From: Anthoceros angustus
Taxonomy: Eukaryota > Plantae > Anthocerotophyta
Assembly (NCBI GenBank): GCA_010909165.1
Contig: MU008162.1
Location: forward strand, 1,426,001 to 1,490,000
Direction: 5' to 3'
DNA length: 64,000 bases
The position numbers and the translations under genes are program-made. Shown here in pieces: positions 22,219-34,900 of this stretch. Numbering within the stretch: position 1 is the first letter of the stretch; each line of letters starts with the position of its first letter. Under the pieces are notes generated by a model, which saw only the letters and a list, made by a program, of their open reading frames with translations, was not told the origin of the DNA and did no database searches.

Positions 22219-25200
22219 CGTGGCGTGACTTTGGGCGATGGCTGGCGCCTGCAAGTGTCGTTGTAGGAAGAAGTCCGTCTCAAGGGAATGATAGGCCCAC
22301 TGGCTTCGTGATTCTTACACTTAGCGCCTGGGCCTCAACTCACACATACTCCTAACTACTCACAACGTTTCACCGACAGTCTATGGCTAAACGCGGGACC
22401 CGTGCTCAGATCACATACATCCTTCACGATCCGCCCTTTCTCTCTCCTCTCACGCTACACTCTTGGTCTTAGAAAAGGCCTTGGGTTCTGTGATCGGACC
22501 TCCTCGTCGTTCAGGGCCTCTCCGTCCGCTCTACACCCTCCGAGTTCCTCGGCTCAGCGTTCGTCCGTTGATTCGGTGGGCTCGGGGCGGATCACCGATC
22601 ACCCTTCCACCGCACCACACAGCGTTAAGTCGTCACGGGACCTTGATCAATCTCCCGGGTCGTGCACCTTTCGGTGACTCGGGACTCACGTTAGCAGAAG
22701 ACTCACAAAGGTGCGGGCGGCATCAACACCAAGAAAGATGCTTTACTAGAGGCCCTCTTATCTGCGCCCAAGGCGTCTTTACCCCTATTACGGTGATGAC
22801 TCGGTATACCCTAATCGGCCGCCTACCACTATCCCCTATCTCCTGTATGTGGGAAGGTCACAGGCCCTCCTCGGAATGGGTGGTCAATCCCCGTCACGGT
22901 TGTGGTGCACCCAATCGGATGATCCGTGGCGGGGCCCCTCCTCTCCCGGAATCACATCGGGTTGGGCTCTTGGCGGTCGACAACCGCCGTTACCACGGCG
23001 TCATCCTCCTGGCCTCCACAGGTCCTTGGCGGTGGGGCCACGGCTACTCGGCTCCCCTAAGCGTAAGTCGAAGGGGCTCCTCCTTCTTGCCCTTGGCCGG
23101 TCCTCGAGGTCTGTCTCGACTCCTGAACTTGAGTCCAGGTCCGTAGGCTAGGTCAGGCCTTGTCTGCAGGGTCCGGACCTCGGTCGGTTGTCAGGACTTG
23201 GTCCGGACTTATTCGGTCGGGTCGGACTTATTCGGGGTCCGGACTTGGTGGCCTCCCCTCAGTCCGGACAAAGTCCGGACTCACGCCCACCGGGTTTCCT
23301 CCCTCAGGACTCCTCAGTGGCTCTCCCTCGAAGTCCTCCCGGTTCCGATCGCCCGGTGACTCCTTGGTTGGCCCCTCCTTCCATGGTGAGGTGCGGGTGC
23401 TTACCTCGATCGCATCAGCTCCCTCGTTCTGCTCCTCCGGTTGCTCCTCTCCGCTCCGTCATCTCCAAGCAGGGGCCACTAGGGTCCTGTCTTTCCCGTG
23501 GCCTTCATCTCCTTAGCCTTCCAGGGTCCGTCGTCTGCGGGGGTCGAGGCTTCTCGCCTTGAGCTCGGCGTGGTAATAGGCAAAGTCGATCGACTTGTTG
23601 AATTGCCTCTTCCACGTGTGCGGGCACCGATACTCCCTCCGCCATAAGTGTTAAATTTGCGGCTTGGGCCACCTCTCCTGCGGTTGTGGTGGGCGGGCGT
23701 ATCACGTGAGGCTACAAGGCGGCCTCGGTCACCTCCTGCATTTGCCATTGTTGCTCACCTCGGCTCCGTCGTTTCCTTTCCATGCCCGGCTTACCGCCGC
23801 CAGCGCGGCGTTCCCTTCCGCCTTTCTCGGTGGACGGCGGCTTCTTTTACGCTTCCGGTGCTCGCGCTCTCCCGTTCATTACGGCCTTTAGCTCATGACT
23901 CCCTCTCCGGGCGGTGGATACCTCCGTCAGGCTCGGACTTCCTCCGGCTCCTTGCACAGCAGCGTCCAACTCCTTGGATAGTCGCCGATTTTCCTCCGTC
24001 TTGAGACGGGAGGCTCTCTTTCGTGCTCGTCGTGGATTCTCGTTGAGAATCACTGCTGCTCAAGCATCTTGGGTTGTAGCTCCAGCGTGTCCTTCTTGTC
24101 CTCCATCTGCTGCCGCCTCCCTCTACCTCCTGCTGTGTACTGGAGATCCCCTATCTCCCGTCTTGGCCCACTCCATAGCCACTTTGCCTTGAGTTAGCCT
24201 CATGCTGGGCTCTCTCCACGGTTCCGATCACGTCTGTAGTGATCCCGGTCGCTCTTTACCCGGCTTGAGGCTCCTTCGCCTTTACAGGCCTCGCCCACTT
24301 GGCTCTGGCCGGGCCGCCTCCGGTCCCGAGCTCTCTGCTTGTGCCGGGCCTCTTCCGCCTCTGCTGCGCTTCCCTCTTCGCTGCAAGGTCCTCCGCCCGC
24401 TTGGGCCTCCAGGCTTGCTTGTTTGTGCGCAGTGAAGAACCTTAACCCGTCTGTGAACCGCGGGCCTCGCGCTCCGCCACCCGGCGTTTCCCTTCCTCGA
24501 TCCGGCGAGGGACTCCGCCTTTTCCTTTGCCTCGGGCCTTCACTTGCTCTTGGGTTCCACCATCCTCCTCGGGTGGCCTCCACTTCACAGGTCTTCTCCA
24601 TGTACCAGAGACCCCAAAGCATTCCGTCCATGGCGGTAGCAGGACTCGCCGTGTTTCTTCCACGGCTGAGTGAGGCCCCCAAAGTCCGTAGTGGGAGCCG
24701 GCATTTCTCGTCCGCCAAGGACCTCCATACCTTGATCGAGTCGGTGGGTTCTCGGAATAATCGGGACCCTCGGGTCTGAGTGGTGGTCCAGTCTCACCCT
24801 CTTGGCCCTCTTGGCCTCTAACTCCTTTGTGCCCTCTTTCTCCAGGGCTCGGAGGAGGTGAGGGGTCGGGAGCAAGCTCTTTGCCCCTTCACATCGGGGC
24901 AGGGGCCGGCTCGAGGTGTGGGCTGCGGTGACCTCCTGCTCCTTGGGCCACGTCCCCTACGCCCTCCTTACGCCTCTTGACCTCTTGCCACTCAGGTGGC
25001 GGGGTAAGAATGCCGGCACTCCGAGGTCTTTGCGTTGGTAAGCGGCACCGTCGCCTCTTGACTCCCGGAGTTCGTCGGGCTCGGCGTGGTCATGGTGTGG
25101 TTGTTGTTATCGGTGCGGGGCCAACGCCCTCGGCATCGGCTCCCTCCGTGCTCGGAGGGCACCAAAAGGAGGAAGGGGAATCGCCTCCCAAACTTCCCAG

Positions 25201-26467
25201 GTGGTGAGGGGTTCGCTCACGTATGGAGTCAGGAATCCTCCCGATCGTCCTCCTCCGAGTCGCTTGGTCTTGAAGGGGCGACCCCCACCTCAGGCGCCCT
25301 TGCACGCTCTACGGCGGGGCCTCCCGGCCCCGGGCGCCCGCTCAAGCTCTCCCTCCTTGAGAGCTCGAAATGTCCCCATACATGAATCGGGAGTCGGCCC
25401 CGATAGGGCTTCTCGCTCCTTAGCTTGCGTGCCTCTGGCCCAGGCAGGCGAAGATAATCCTTCCCGTCCGCTCTCTTCCCAGGGCGCATGCGAGAATACC
25501 AGCGGTTATCACCAAGGTGATCCACCTTGGTGGCGAGTTCAATGGACAATGATCCGGGCTACCGCCCTTACTCGGTATCCGGCCGGATCGGATATCAACC
25601 ATCCGTTGGTTGTCCGCTGCGTTCGAGCCTCAACGCCGCGGTGGCCCTATCTTCCCTTCGCCTTAAGGGGCTCGGCACCGCCCCTTCTTCCTCCTTGGCG
25701 GTTGTAGGCCATCCTCGGGACCTCAAGGTCCATCGCCTCAGTCCTCCGGAGGTTCTTGGATCGGACCTCCTTGTTGATCGCCCGCCCGGCATCTTCGGGC
25801 AAACTCCGGACTAGAGTAGCGTTGTCAAGGTCAGACCATTTGGCACTGCCTCTCCTCTTGTTCTGGCTGGCGGCGGTCCCGGGCAGCACGATGTTCCTCC
25901 TTCGGCTTGTTGCTCCAACCCGGCATGCTTCTCCGCTCTGTGGTGGGCGCCCAAGCGCCCGAGCGGATTGCGGGCGCAAGGGCTATGAGGTTATGCGGAG
26001 GCTGCACGGCCAATGACCTCCTCCTTGGCGCTTGTGGAAGTAACTGGGCGGAAGGCGCCTCTTGTGTCAGCGCGAGTGCGCTTACTCGACCCTCGCTTGG
26101 CTTACTGCGGCCTTACGCCGCGCGCGGCCAGGCGTGAATACTGCCTGCGGCCTCAGCAGGTTACGGTCCCGCCTCGCACCTCCACTCGGGGCCGTCCACG
26201 TGGCGCCGCTCGTCATCCTCACGCCTCCTCCTAGGTTACTTTCCACAGGCGTACTTATCCTATTTTGACACAGGTGGGTTCGGACTTATCCGTTACTCCG
26301 TGGTCCGGGCTTGCCATAGTGTGCAGGGGTCCGTTGTTCACTCAGTCCGGAGTATACTCAGCCTCTCGTCGCTACCCCAATTTATTCCTCCTTTTCCGCC
26401 TTATTTATCCTTCAATCCTAAAAAGCGAAACCCTACTTATTTCTTAACTCCCGGTGCATAGCCCACA
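22219..26467 (-). repeat. 3' LTR (~4.25 kb)
   Basis: Starts TGTGGGCTATGCAC (minus) at 26467, just after the integrase end. Collinear with 31906-36242. Lacks about 125 bp matching ~35511-35634. Confidence 0.85.
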
Positions 26468-26479
26468 TACTCATCATTG

Positions 26480-29400
26480 GCGTCTCGCCAACACTAAATA
26501 CTTCTTCACCCCGTTTCAGTGGGCAGCGACTCTCCATCTAGTCGTGGTAGACGGACCCGTTGTCATATACTTGCACCACTGCGGACCCATCCATCTCGGT
26601 GAAGTTTGCAGAAAATGCATGTCGACTATCATAAAGGAGGGCGGTCCCCTTCCTTTACATACTCGATTCATGATCGGATCGTGCCAAATCTTTTTGCACC
26701 AATTGCATCTTGTGAGCTTCTTCCATCCTCATGTCTTTGCAAACCCCAAGAGTCGCTCGGTGGCTTTCCTCTTCTCGGTCTCCCTTCCATCATTACTCGA
26801 AAAGTGGGCACTTCAAACTCTCACGGCATTACGGAGAGTGTAGGTCAAGTAAGGGTCCGTTGTGTGGTCACCTTCTGCTGTCCGGGCATACAGTGCGGAT
26901 GGCGGCTTGGTATCGATCATGGGCGTAGTTCACTTTGAGTTTATTCGAGATCCTGCGATGAGCCCATTTGTCTTCTCTGTCGGCCCATTGGCCTTAGGAT
27001 TGTAGGGTGCCGTCTTGCGATGATTGATGCGAAATACTCCGTCATGGCGGCCACCACATCATTAAGGAAATGGGTTCCCCTATCACTTACCAAGCGGACA
27101 TCCGTCCGGGTTATGATGTTCTCGTCATGCGGTTTGGCCACGGTTTGCAGTCCGCCTCTACCCACAGTGCGGTGGTCCGTTGCCACGGGATGTATCTCCT
27201 TGTGTGTGTCTTGTCGTGGGTATAGGTCCAACAAAGTCAATACCCCACTTTTCGAAGGTGCCGGTGCCAATATCGGTACTAGCGGCTTTGTCGTCGGGGT
27301 TGGCTTCCGATCCGCCGACAAGCATCACACTTCTTCTAAGCGGTGGGTGTCCCCATACATTGTTGGCCACGGTATCCGCTTCAAAATCTTTTGGTGGTGA
27401 CTGTCTTTGCGTAGTGTCCACCCCAATCCTTCGTGCATTCCCTTGACGACCGCTCCTGTCTGCGGTTGCAAGTACCTTCGTTCTACTCCGTCTAATTTGA
27501 ACACACACCCGTTGTACATTCTGAAGGGTCGAGCATAGTGCACGAATGCCTCCCTCTGTCCACGAGTCAGATTTTCGGGAAGCTCCATTCCCCAGAGGTA
27601 CCGCTCTATTTCTTCGTAGGTCGGACGACCGCGGCGGGCCCTCCCCTTCTCCGCTTCTGCTAAGGCTGCCAGTTCTCGTAGCTTGGGGTTCGGTCGGCTG
27701 GGCTCCTCCGGTTGTACTTTTACTGCGGCAACCAATGTCTCATCCGGGAACGCATCTTCCTGATCTCTCAACACCTGCTCTGTTTTCAATCGTGACAGGA
27801 AATCTGCGTTTTGGTGCTGCCTCCCTTGTCTTGTTTCCACTTCGAACGTGAACTCCTGCAGCAACAATATCCACCTTGCTATCCGGGACAGTCTCTTATT
27901 CACCGGATGCTTGACAAAGTGGTCTACATAGAACACAAACTCCAGGGTAGTAGGTAGTGTCGAATTTCTTGACGATATACCATACCCGGCTTGGCCTCTG
28001 TTGTGTATTTTCGTTCCATGGTGGTGTCGTCCGTAGTAGTATACGGGATAATCCGCTTGTCGTCCTTCGGCTCGGCACTACTCGATAGCAAAAGCGGACA
28101 CATACATACACATGAAATTTCTGCTCGATCCGGTCCTCTTAGAACGGTGCGCTTAAGGTGTTAGTAAATCCGAAGGCCTCCTCTCGCTCCGTGACCGGTC
28201 CAAACCTCCTCCTTCGCATGGATTACATCAACTTAGCCCTCTTCGCAAAGTCCTTAATAAACCGGTAGTATCCCACCATTCGAAACCTCTCGGCTCCTTT
28301 AGGTTCGGTGGCGGTGGATGGATGACCGGACCTTGTCGGTCCACCTCGATTCAGCGCCCGACACCGATGTCGACAAGATTCCCTCCGTCATTCCAAAGTA
28401 GCATTTCTCGGTGTAGGCTCAATTGAGTCTCCGGCGCTCAAGCACCTTCTTAGATGCCCAAGGTGTTTGTCCTGCTCCCCATGCACACAAAATCATCCAG
28501 AATATCTCCATGAAGTCCCTCGAAGTCACGGAAGGCGTTGGTCACCATACGCATGAGCGACCACAGCGCTCCGGTCATCCCAAAGGCACTTCTCTTGTGG
28601 CAAGCGTGCCACTCCGTAGTGAAGGTCGTCTTGTCGGTCAAACTCCCTTAGGTGCAATTGGTTATGTCCAGTAGCCATCCGGAAGGAGTAAGTAGTCCGT
28701 CCACCTTGTCCAAAATGTGTCTCACAATGGCATCGGAAGTGGTCCTTCTCCGTTCGTTGAGCTTCCTCCAATCTTGGCATACCCGAATTTGTCTGTTTCT
28801 TGGGAACCACCACAATCGTGACCCACTCATTTGATGGGGAAAATGATGTCGCCTCCGGTACTTATCAAGGACCTCCTTCACCTTGATCGAATACTTGGGG
28901 TTGAGCTTGTCGGATTGATTTGGCACGCTCCGGCTTCAAATCGATCTTATGCTCTCCCACTTCTTGAATGCCCTTCATGTCCGTGACCTTGAAGGCGAAC
29001 ATAAAACTCCCCAGCTTTAGTCCTTCCTTGGTCCGAGGCATGCCTTTCTTAAACTTGAATTTGCTGGCCGGACCTCCACTTCTTCCACGTCGTCCGGGTT
29101 CACCGTCTCCCGTTCCCGTCGCCTCAGCTGCGTCCAAACCCCTCGTCCTCCTCTATCGTCCTCTCGCATCCCCATTCTCGTCGGTGAATCGTGTTACTCC
29201 TTGATGTCCGCTTTTCCTTGACTCTTGTTGTCTCCCCTTGTCTTGGTCCGACCTCCTCTTCACTTCCTTCCTCCGTTGTGGCGTTTACTCGAAAACAATC
29301 AATCACTTCCGCCAAAGGCATCCGCGGTAGTCCATCTCCTCCTCGGACCGGATCTTGGCGAAAGTCGCCTCCTCGGAACTATCTTGTTCGCCCTGGAGTC

Positions 29401-31650
29401 CTCCATTGAGTATACCGGTAGTGCTCACAGTTTCCCCAATAGGTGTCCTTGCTCCGTGTGATAACCCTCCCTTCTCGCACCTTAGGGTCCCATCCACCCA
29501 AGTGAATCTCCTTCCTTCCAAAGTGTAGCTTTGCAGGCCAACCCGGCATGGCGCCAGCAACACCTCATACCCTAATGGTCCGGCGGTTTGATCACAACAA
29601 AATCCGGTTTGTAGGGTGCCGGCTATGGTGGCCAAGACTCGGTTAACTCCGGATCTCTTCTTGACATATACGCCATTCTCGAGTCTTCGTTGAGGGTTGA
29701 AGGATGTGAAGCCCAATTTTCGTCTTGGTGGCTTGATGATGAGGTTGACTCGGACCCGTGTCCAGTACATCCTTGATGATACATCCAATCTCCACTTGTA
29801 CCACTGGCGCCCACAGGTCCGTATGGGACACCACCCTCACTTCCATGTGCTACCCTTCACGGCTTTGGTGCTCATGGTGGGTTTCCTAACCCGACGGACC
29901 TCTTGTATTTGGGTTATCCCTCATCGAAAGGACACAAGGTGTCTTGATTCATCATCGTCGCCACATTAAAGGGAGGCTTCTACTCGAGGATCCTGCTGCT
30001 GCGTCCTCATCTCCCGGGTCACTTAGGTATTCTCCGGATGCTTGCGCATTTCCTCCGCAACATCTCGGTCACCTCCGGACTCGTCCTGGAAGCTAACGTC
30101 GGCGTCGCGGAGGCACCGTTCCCTCCACTGTCGGAGAACTTCCTTCGGGTAATCCTCCGGCGAGGCTGTCCAGCCCTCCTTCATCGGTCGGATCCTCTGT
30201 GGTATTTCCGTTTGATTGCCTTCCTCGGCGTCAGTGGCCTTCCTCGATCTTGTTCTTCTTCAAGCCTTTCTCGCTCCTTCCTTCACGAGTAGACACCTCC
30301 AAGATTTCCGACTCCCTTCCTTCGACACCCCACCGTACCTTCTTGTTCTTTTCCATCTCGCGTACCTCAATCTCTTCCCTCCATGAGCATCTTGACTTGC
30401 CGTGCAGTGCGGTCTTAGGAGGTGGCGTTGGTGGTCGGTTCTCCGCTTGGTGTGGCATATCGTCATCCTTGCGGGGTTGGGACATAGCGTCTGCCGCCCA
30501 CCCTGCGATCACGCAGCTCGAAGTCCCCATTACCACCTCGTTGGAGTGCGGACAGCGTTGGAGTAATGGATTCCGCGTTCCAGCGGACCACGGCCGTCGG
30601 AGGATACACGAAGGGGCTCCCATGCGGTCTTTGCATCGGTGGGGCCCGTTGTATTGGACCTCCGGTTGGCGGATACATGGTTTTGGGATATCGCGGCCCG
30701 GAGGGGGCTTCACATGCACGAGGCCTCTTCCCATTGCTCCTCGGCCTCCTCCTCGTATTCGTAGTCCACTTGATGCCGGCCTTGAGGCGGTTGGACTTCG
30801 AATGGCCGTGTTCTTGGCGGCACACGAGATGCGTTCGCCGTGGTCGGTGTTTTCCGCGCTCGGTCCTTAACTGGTTTATCGCGGTCCTCTACTCTCTTTA
30901 TCACTTTTTCCGGGTCCTCCCGCGGACACACCTCCTTTGAGGGAGTCGGGTCCGTGGAGCTCGGACCGTGGTGTCACCACCTCCTTCTTACCACCACTTC
31001 TTTTTAGGGGCTTCTTGCTCTTCTTGCGGGATACTCTTCCTCGCTAGAGACCTCCGTCTCTTCTTGACTGCTCCTCCTCCAAGACACCTCGATTGGTCTT
31101 CCTCCTCCTCACGAAGACTCTTCCTCCTCAGTCCCCCGTTTCTTCTTCTTCTTGCCTCCTTGAGCGGTTCTTTATCCTCGATGTAGCGATTCCTCGTAGT
31201 TTTTTCGGCCGCCTTGCCCCCGTCCTTCTCGGCGGCGGGCGTGCACAGGGTTTGGCTAGACGGCGCGAACCACCGTCGCTTGCATCGTGGTATGGGTTGG
31301 ATGCCGATCCTCGGGCATAGAACCGCTCGATGTCTGAGCCCGGCTTCTCCTTCTTCGCTTGATTTTCCAACTTTGATAATACATACCCTCTGGTCGATCC
31401 TCGAAACCGTTCTAAGAAGGCATTTTCAAAGCTTCAAGCGAGGCGGGTGGGGCATTCTCCGGTGGTCGGTACTTTCTCCGATACCATTGAGCGGTTCCCT
31501 CGGAGAACCCCTTGGAAAAATTTGGATGAGCGTCGACTCCCTCTCCGTTGAAGTTGGCTTTGGACACGAAGTCCTCCACAAAGGTCTCGCATCCGCTCCT
31601 TCTTCCCTCCGAATATGGAGTGCGCTTGTTTGGTCGGTAGGGGCCATGGC
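26480..31650 (-). pseudogene. gag-pol polyprotein (gag, protease, RT, RNase H, integrase), frameshifted throughout
   Basis: PR: VLDTG (~29760). RT: HKIDLKP, LNPKYSIKVKE, VVVPKK, IRVCQDWRKLN, DKTTFTTEW, FGMT, (L)DDF (~28495). RH: RIARWILLLQEFTFEV..G..HQNADFLSRL. INT: FEKWGIDFVGP, LVSDRGTHFLN, WMGP. No chromodomain before the LTR. Confidence 0.9.
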
Positions 31651-31887
31651 TGCGCCATCGATGGGTTAGGCGTGGGGCATCCTACCTTCTTCCGTTGGCG
31701 TCCCTCGTACGTCTCGTCTTGGTCACTTCACGTTCTCCCTCCTCGATCGTGCTCTCGTTGGGTTTGGCGTCTCTCCTCTCCAGCTCGGAGGAGCGTCAGG
31801 TCCTCCTGACAGTTCACTCTTGGCCGTCGCTCGGCCACGCATTCACTTACCTTCTCTTCCTGGGCGCACTGCGGCACCGGACCGATT

Positions 31888-31902
31888 TCATTCCCAGCGC
31901 CA
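31888..31902 (-). promoter_or_regulatory. Primer-binding site of the intact element (degenerate or noisy tRNA-Asp type)
   Basis: The minus strand reads CCACA-TTT-TGGCGCTGGGAATGA just inside the 5' LTR. The clean paralogous PBS is at 36595-36612. Confidence 0.7.
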
Positions 31903-31905
31903 AAA

Positions 31906-34900
31906 TGTGGCGTGACTTTTGATGGCGGTAGGCGCCAATCCGTGTCGTTGTAGGAAGAAGTCCGTTCCCAAGGGAATGATAGGCCCGTTTACGCGTTTGG
32001 TGATTCTTACCGTCCTTAGCGCTCGTTCGGTCTCAACACACACATACTCTAACTACTCTACGTTCACCCTGCGGGCCGGTATGGCCAAGCGTTTAAGGAC
32101 CCGTTCGTCCGTATCGTTCCACATCGCATCAGTCCTTTCCTCTCTCCTCTCACGCTACACTCTTGATCTTAGAAAAACAGTTTTCTGATCCGGACCTCCT
32201 CGTCGTTCGGGCCTCTCCGTCCGGCTCTACACACACCCTCCGGAGTTCCTCCGGCTCACGCGTTCAGTCGTTCGGTGTCGGACGCGGCTCGGCACGGTCA
32301 CCGATCACCCTTCCCCGCACACACCACAACGCGTTAAGTCAGTCCGCGGGACCTTGATCAATCTCCCGGGCGCCGTGCACCTTTCGGTGACTCGGGACTC
32401 ACGTTAGCAAGAAGACTCACAAAGGTGCAGAGCGGCATCAACACCAAGAGAAAGATGCTTTACTAGGCGACCTCGGCCCCTCTTATCTCTGCGCCCAAGG
32501 TGGCGTCTTTATTACACCCCTATTAGTGATAGCCCATTTCGGTATACCTAACCCCTATTCTCCCCTATCTCCCGCGTGGGGAAGGTCTGAGCCCACCTCG
32601 GAATGGGTGGTCCAATCCCGTCAGCGGTTGTGGTGCACCCAATCGGATGATCCGTGGCGGGGCCCCTCCTCTCCCGGAATCACAGCCGGGTTGGCGCGGT
32701 CGACAACCGTTACCACGCGTCATCCTCCCTGGCCTCACAGGTCCTTGGCGGTGGGGCCACCGGCTCGGCTCCCCTAAGCGTAAGTCGAAGGGGCTCCTCC
32801 TTCTTCTTGCCCGGTCCTCGAGGTCTGTCTCGACTCACGAACTTGAGTCGGCTTATTAGGTCCGGCCGGCTAGGTCCGACCTTGTCTGGGTCCGGACCTC
32901 GGTCGGATTTATTCGGTCCGGACTTGGTCCGGACTTATTCTGGTCCGGACTTGGTCCGGACTTATTCGAGTCCGGACTTGGTCGGCCTCCCTCGGGGGAC
33001 AAAGTCGGACTCCACCCGGGTTTCCTCCCTCACGGGACTCCTCGTGGCTCTCCTCAGTCCTCCGGCGATCGCCCGGACTCCCGTTGGCCCTCCTTCCATG
33101 GTGAGGTGCGGGTGCTTACCTCGATCGCATCCGCTCCCTCGTTCGCTCCTCGGTTGCTCCTCTCCGCGCTCCGTCATCTCAAGCAGGCCACTAGGGTCCT
33201 GTCTTTGTCCCCGTGGCCTTCATCTCCTTCGAGCCTTCCGGTCCGTCCGGCGTGAGTCGAGGCTTCTCGCCGGGAGCTCGGCGTGGTAATAGGCAAAGTC
33301 GAATCGACTTGTTGAATTGCCTCTTCCACGTGTGCGGAGCACCGATACTCCCTCCGCCATAAGTGTTAGGGCGTCTTTTCGGCTTGTTGGGCCACCTCTC
33401 ACCCGGTTGTGGTGGGCGTATCACGAGAGGCGGCCTCGGTCACCTCCTGCATGCCCTGTTGCTCACTGCTCGGCTCCGTCGTTTCCTTTCCATGACTTAC
33501 CGCCATAGCGCGGCGTTCCCCCGCCTTTCTCTGGACCGGCTTCTTTTACGCTTCCGGTGCTCGCTCCTCCCGTTCATTACGGCCTTTAGCTCAGACTCCC
33601 TCTCCCGGTGTCGGATACCTCAGGCTCGGACTTCCTCCGGCTCATGCAGCAGCGTCCAACTCCTTGGATAGTCGCCGATTTTCCTCCGTCTTGAGACGGG
33701 CTGCTCTTTCGTGCTCGGTCGTGGATTCTCGTTGAGAATCACTGCTGCTCAAGCGCATCTTGGGTTGTAGCTCCGGCGTGTCCTTCTGTCCTCCATCTGC
33801 GCCGCCTCCTTCTACCTCCTGCAGTATCTGGAGATCCCCTATCTCCCAGTCTTGGCCCATCTGCTCCATGGCCTTTGTAGCGGCCTTGAGTTAGCCTCAC
33901 TGCTGCTCTCCACCGGTTCGATCACGTCTGTAGTGATCCGGTCGCTCTTTGCGGCTTGACTCCTTCGCCGCCTTTACAGGCCTCGCCCCTTGCTCTGGCC
34001 GGGCCGCCTCCGCGGTCCGAGCTCTCTGCTTGTGCCCGGCCTCTTCCGCCTCTGCGCTTCCCTCTTAGCAGGTCCTCGCGCTTGCTTGGCCTCCCCAGCT
34101 TGCTTGGTGACCGGTGAAGAACCTTGGCCCGATCTGCTGAACCGCCGGGCCTCGCGCTCACCCGGCGTTTCCCTTCCTCGATCCGGAGGGACTCCGCCTT
34201 TTCCTTTGCCCCTCCGCCTTCACTTGCTCTTGGGTTCCACCATCCTCCTCGGGTGGCCTCCACTTCTGGGTCTTCTCCTGCAGAGACCCCAAAGCATTCC
34301 GTCCATGGCGGTAGCGGACTTCGCCGTGTTTCTTCCACGAGCCCAGTCCGTGGTGAGCCGGCATTTCTCGTCGCCAAGGACCTCCATACCGCACCGAGTA
34401 AGTCGGTGGGTTCTCGGACCTAATCGGGACCCTCGGTCACGGTGAGTCGAGTCTCACCCTCTTGGCCCTCTTGGCCTCTAACTCCTTTGTGCCCTCTTTC
34501 TCCACAGGGCTCGGAGGTGAGGGGTCAGCAAGCTCTTTGCCCCTTCACAGCCGGGGCAGGGCCGGCTCGAGGTGGGCTGCTGACCTCCTGCTCCTTGGGC
34601 CACGTCCCTACGCCCTCCTTACACTCTTGACCTCTTGCCACTCAGGTGGGCGGGGTAAGATCTGGCACAGGTCTTTGCGTTGGTAAGCGGCACCGTCTTC
34701 CGCCTCTTGGCTCCCGAGTTCGTCGGGGCTCGGCGGCCGTCGTGGTTGTTGGTACGTCGGTCGGAGCCGCCAACGCCTCCGGCATCGGCTCCCTCACTTG
34801 CTCGGAGGGGCACCAAAAGGAGGAAGGGGAATCGCCTCCCAAACTTCCACAGGTGGTGAGGGGTTCGCTCACGTATGGAGTCCGGAATCCCTCGATCGTC

